64,000 bases of DNA from contig CAXXJJ010000004.1 of assembly GCA_963667015.2 (NCBI GenBank), positions 1,024,001 through 1,088,000 on the forward strand, written 5' to 3'. This DNA is from Desulfatiglandales bacterium (GTDB lineage: Bacteria > Desulfobacterota > DSM-4660 > Desulfatiglandales > HGW-15). Both the position numbers and the translations under genes were made by a program. Shown piece by piece: positions 60,305 through 64,000 of the stretch. The notes under the pieces were generated by a model, which saw only the letters and a list, made by a program, of their open reading frames with translations, was not told the DNA's origin and did not search any database. The stretch's first letter is position 1; each line of letters opens with the position of its first letter.

Positions 60305-61807
60305 ATGTCATCATTAAGTGCAAATTTAAAATTATATTTACCATTTCAAAATAAATTTGTCACAGGTCTGTACCTGCTGCAGGCTTTGTGGGTTACCCTG
60401 CTGTTTGCTGATATGCAGATAAGAATTAATATGAGTGAAGTGATACAGTCCGGTCAGTACCCCTATACTCCGATAGTCCCGTTCTTTTATTCTATGTTTA
60501 TTTTCGGGATAATCGCCTCTTCTGTTCAATATGGAATTCTTTTAAAACCTGTTTCCGGCCTTTTGCCGCACCATGCTACAGTGCGGATAAAAACAATCAC
60601 TTACTATGGCGCAGGAGCATCATTACTGTTTCTGATAACCTTTATAATACTGCCCGGTCAGCCTGTAGATTTTAAATATATTATCTATGCTTTACTGCTT
60701 TCTATCAGCGGACTTCCGTTTTATTTTGGTGCTGTTTACTTAAATTTCAACTTAAGCAATCTTTTAAAGAGCAGCCTGCTTCTTTTATTCTATTTCATAC
60801 TCATTTTTTTATTTATTTTCCTTTTTATTTCTTTTCTTTTAATGGAGCATTTCAGGTTTTCATTTTCACAATTCATTTTTTATTTTTTTATGCCTCTTTT
60901 TATCTCCCTGATAATGTTTGCAGCTCTTGCTTTAAGGACATTGAAAGATCCTGATCTAAATAGAAAACATTCCAACGTATCTATATTTCAAACCTTTGAA
61001 GATTTCACCTTAGGAATTTTTGGAAAAATTGAATTCACAGATGATAAAAACTGGGAAAGTTTACCAGGAAAATATCTGATGAAAAAATTGATTTCAAGCC
61101 CATACATGGGAATCATAAAACCGGTTATGGGAATGCTTTATCATGTAACTGAATTTTTATATTATTCAAATGGACAATCACTTGGAAATATAAGTTTACC
61201 GGTTTTATTCACACTGATTACTCTGGTGCAATTGCTTACAGGATACAGCGCAGAAGGCTTTAACATATCCGGCAGCCTCCATACCATACTTACATCTGCT
61301 CCTGTTTTTTTGATGTGCCTGGTTTCCGGAATATATTTCAACCAATATGACAATAATATCCTTTTACCTGTTGGAAGGAAAAATAATTTCAGGTCCGGTT
61401 ATCTGGCATGGCTTACAAAGCCCGTTCTGTTGGAAGGATGGATAATTCCTGTTTTTTTACTTTCATGGATTCTAAAAAGTTTTATGCCCGACTTAACCAT
61501 CTTTGGAATTGGTTTAAAATACAGACCTGTCGGGGTATTCCCCATCCTTCTACCCCTTGTTCTTATTCCGGTATATGACATCTTTATTGATATTGCCAAA
61601 ATCAAATCTTTCATGCTGGTTTTATTTATAGCCGGAGTATTTGCCGGAGCATATGGGGCTCATCTTGTTTTCTCCTATTATACCAATGCACCGGCAGGCA
61701 ATAGGGAATACCCGTTATTATTAATTGCTTTAATAACTGTAATCATCTCAAACGCTGCATTCATTATCAGGCTCAGACAACGCTGGTTAAAAAGTGATAT
61801 TCGATGA
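60305..61807 (+). CDS. Polytopic membrane protein, putative ABC permease, paralog 4 of 5
   Basis: MSSLSANLKLYLPFQ, QYGILLKPVSGLLP, LLPVGR, FMPD and RWLKSD. Confidence 0.75.
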   Translation: MSSLSANLKLYLPFQNKFVTGLYLLQALWVTLLFADMQIRINMSEVIQSGQYPYTPIVPFFYSMFIFGIIASSVQYGILLKPVSGLLPHHATVRIKTITYYGAGASLLFLITFIILPGQPVDFKYIIYALLLSISGLPFYFGAVYLNFNLSNLLKSSLLLLFYFILIFLFIFLFISFLLMEHFRFSFSQFIFYFFMPLFISLIMFAALALRTLKDPDLNRKHSNVSIFQTFEDFTLGIFGKIEFTDDKNWESLPGKYLMKKLISSPYMGIIKPVMGMLYHVTEFLYYSNGQSLGNISLPVLFTLITLVQLLTGYSAEGFNISGSLHTILTSAPVFLMCLVSGIYFNQYDNNILLPVGRKNNFRSGYLAWLTKPVLLEGWIIPVFLLSWILKSFMPDLTIFGIGLKYRPVGVFPILLPLVLIPVYDIFIDIAKIKSFMLVLFIAGVFAGAYGAHLVFSYYTNAPAGNREYPLLLIALITVIISNAAFIIRLRQRWLKSDIR

Positions 61808-61837
61808 TATAAAATTCAAATAAACAGGATATGTAAA

Positions 61838-63346
61838 ATGTCTTCTTTTCACGCAAATCTAAAATTATATTTACCATTTCAGAAAAACCGTTTTGTTAAC
61901 AACCTTTACTTGATACAGATTGTGATATTCTCGATATTCTATTTTCCTCCTGAAACAAAGGTTCAGATGATAAATGCAGTTCAACCTGGTATATACCCCT
62001 TTACGCCGATGCTTCCTTTTTTTATTTCTATGGCCATGCTTGGGTATATGGTAGCGGCTCTCCAAATTGATATTCTGGTAAAGCCTGTATCATCCTGCAT
62101 ACCTGGTCTTGAAAACATTTTTTTTAAGGTAACACTTTTTACCGGTATTGCAGGCAGTATATTTTATTTTCTATTGTTTTTATTATTACCATTTCCTCAT
62201 ACAGGGTTCAGGTACACCATTTTTGTATTTTTGGTTTCATGCAGCGGTTTATCATTTTATTTTACTGCATTTTTACTCTCCTATAAAATGAAGCAGCATG
62301 ATCCTAATACGCAAATAATATACATATTGTTTCTGATACCCATTTTGTTTTATGTTTTAATTATCTATATAGATATGCAGCACCTGACTTATACATTCCA
62401 AAGTTATATTGTGCTCTGTTTTGCTCCTTTATGTTCAGCAGCTGCCTTGGGCTATTTAGGAGTCTCATTACTGTTAAAAAACACCTTCCTAAAAAGCATA
62501 TACAGCGCCAAATATCACAGGACATTTATAAACAGTAACAAAGAATGGCAAAAAATTGCCTGGTTCAATATTAATATCCCTGACGATAATAACAGAGAAA
62601 GCAGACTGATTGAATATACAATAAAAAAAATGAACAAAGAAGAACATCACAGTTTAAGGAAAAATATCATTGGCATCATCTATTGCTGGCTCGAAAAATT
62701 GAGGCTGTCATGCCGAAGAAAACTGGATAGATACGTACTATTATTAACGGCTATATTGGTGCCACTAATTCAAATCCTGACAGGATACCGGACAATTGAT
62801 GGAGAAGTATTACCTGCGTTACTTCCATTTATTCAGTATGCCATAACAGGGATGTTATCATTTACAACCGCTCTATTATTAGCTCCGGGTAACAATGATA
62901 TTCTTCTCCCCATTGGCCGGTCCGGAATCTTTTACAGTAATTATACTTCCTGGTATATAAAACCCGCTCTCATAATGATACCGACAATATTTGTTGTTAT
63001 TTTATCATGGTGTATAAAAGACTATATGCCTGATTTATTTCTTTTAGAATATAATTTTACCTATACTTCCATGGATACCTATTTAATCTTTTTTCCTCTG
63101 ATTCTTGCTCCTGCTATTGATTTAAGCATTGATAAATTCATGCCTGACTCAGGTTATTTTAGTAAACCTGTCAATTTTTTTATATTATTAATATTTGGCA
63201 CAGTATTATTCTATCTTTTTATTTCTTTTCTATTTATTGACAATATAAGTAATCGTATTTTTAATATGGCCCTGATGATTATTATTTCAAATGGGACATT
63301 TGCTATTTTGCTATCTCACCGATGGTTTAAAAGGGACGCTGTGTAG
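61838..63346 (+). CDS. Polytopic membrane protein, putative ABC permease, paralog 5 of 5
   Basis: MSSFHANLKLYLPFQ, QIDILVKPVSSCIPG, LLPIGR, YMPD and RWFKRD. Confidence 0.75.
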   Translation: MSSFHANLKLYLPFQKNRFVNNLYLIQIVIFSIFYFPPETKVQMINAVQPGIYPFTPMLPFFISMAMLGYMVAALQIDILVKPVSSCIPGLENIFFKVTLFTGIAGSIFYFLLFLLLPFPHTGFRYTIFVFLVSCSGLSFYFTAFLLSYKMKQHDPNTQIIYILFLIPILFYVLIIYIDMQHLTYTFQSYIVLCFAPLCSAAALGYLGVSLLLKNTFLKSIYSAKYHRTFINSNKEWQKIAWFNINIPDDNNRESRLIEYTIKKMNKEEHHSLRKNIIGIIYCWLEKLRLSCRRKLDRYVLLLTAILVPLIQILTGYRTIDGEVLPALLPFIQYAITGMLSFTTALLLAPGNNDILLPIGRSGIFYSNYTSWYIKPALIMIPTIFVVILSWCIKDYMPDLFLLEYNFTYTSMDTYLIFFPLILAPAIDLSIDKFMPDSGYFSKPVNFFILLIFGTVLFYLFISFLFIDNISNRIFNMALMIIISNGTFAILLSHRWFKRDAV

Positions 63347-63727
63347 GGGACAGCATTTATACACCTGAAAGTATAAAAAACAGTGGTTTTCCAGGTTTTG
63401 TACAAATTATCCTTATGGCACCATTATTGTACTGTTTCGTGGAGTCATACTTGAAGGCTTTTCAAGCCGTTACGGCAATACAAAGGCAATCATCTATTCA
63501 TCCATTATTTTTTCTCTATTCCATCTAAACCCCGCTCAATTTTGCACCTCCATTTGTGCTGGAGTGATACTTGGATATCTGTATATAAAAACACATCTCT
63601 TTTCCTTGATGGGTATTGACCCTACACAAATCCGAATTCTAAAGAATACATAAAAAATCATTAACTCTTCACAATTATTTTTATTGAGTATAAAATAAAG
63701 TGCTAAAAATGTTTAGGAGATAAAATC

Positions 63728-64000
63728 ATGTATAATAATTTTATAAAATATATCTTACTTTTTTCACTCCTTTCTTTACTTTTAATAACAGCATGTTCTT
63801 CCGATGATTCACCGCCTTATAATCCTCCTGATACAATTACTGTTAACAGCACTGAAGACATTGCAAACCCGGTAGAAGGAACTGTTACTCTCCGTTCGGC
63901 ACTGGCCTCTGCAGCCAGTGGGCAGGTGATTGATTTTGATGCAAGCCTCAACGGAAGTACGATCGAATTAGCCATTATTGGAGAAGAACATACTTCTCTT
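63728..64000 (+). CDS. Lipoprotein with CSLREA-like/beta-helix start (runs off window; absent from ORF track)
   Basis: AGGAGA RBS. Translates MYNNFIKYILLFSLLSLLLITAC-SSDD...TVNSTED...VTLRSALASA...IDFDASLNGSTIEL, with lipobox ITAC. Confidence 0.75.
   Translation, partial: MYNNFIKYILLFSLLSLLLITACSSDDSPPYNPPDTITVNSTEDIANPVEGTVTLRSALASAASGQVIDFDASLNGSTIELAIIGEEHTSL

Overview
A 64 kb AT-rich bacterial chromosomal window. Gene content (HDOD protein, AOR family, glycyl radical enzymes, YqeC, TolC) suggests an anaerobic diderm, probably Desulfobacterota-like; this is an inference. In order, it carries: pta-ackA, a divergent enolase and a GH13_18 glycoside phosphorylase; a frameshift-riddled TolC/MacA(EF-hand)/MacB efflux operon; MFS, MBL hydrolase, His6-type hisA, trpB2 with an SphA-type outer-membrane channel, a YqeC-MocA fusion and a succinate CoA-transferase. 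Next come a glycyl radical enzyme (GRE)/SCP2-like/activase/putative Zn-hydrolase operon followed by MlaC-like and MMPL transport genes, then a GAPOR-like oxidoreductase, an orphan MacB paralog, greB and an esterase. A second, atypical GRE plus cupin lies divergent from an atypical OYE-family flavoenzyme plus SnoaL protein. A signal-peptide-bearing phosphatase-kinase fusion is paired with an ATP/ADP translocase-family transporter. After a ClC channel, a YtrA/ABC-ATPase operon carries five tandem, highly diverged ~500-aa membrane paralogs and a TraB/GumN protein. GTAG-type REP-like palindromes and several gene remnants are scattered through the window. I recognised no rRNA, tRNA, CRISPR array or intact transposase. 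The strongest candidates for undescribed systems are the exported kinase/phosphatase + NTT pair, the two GRE loci and the permease paralog array. All calls come from motif reading; no database searches were run.
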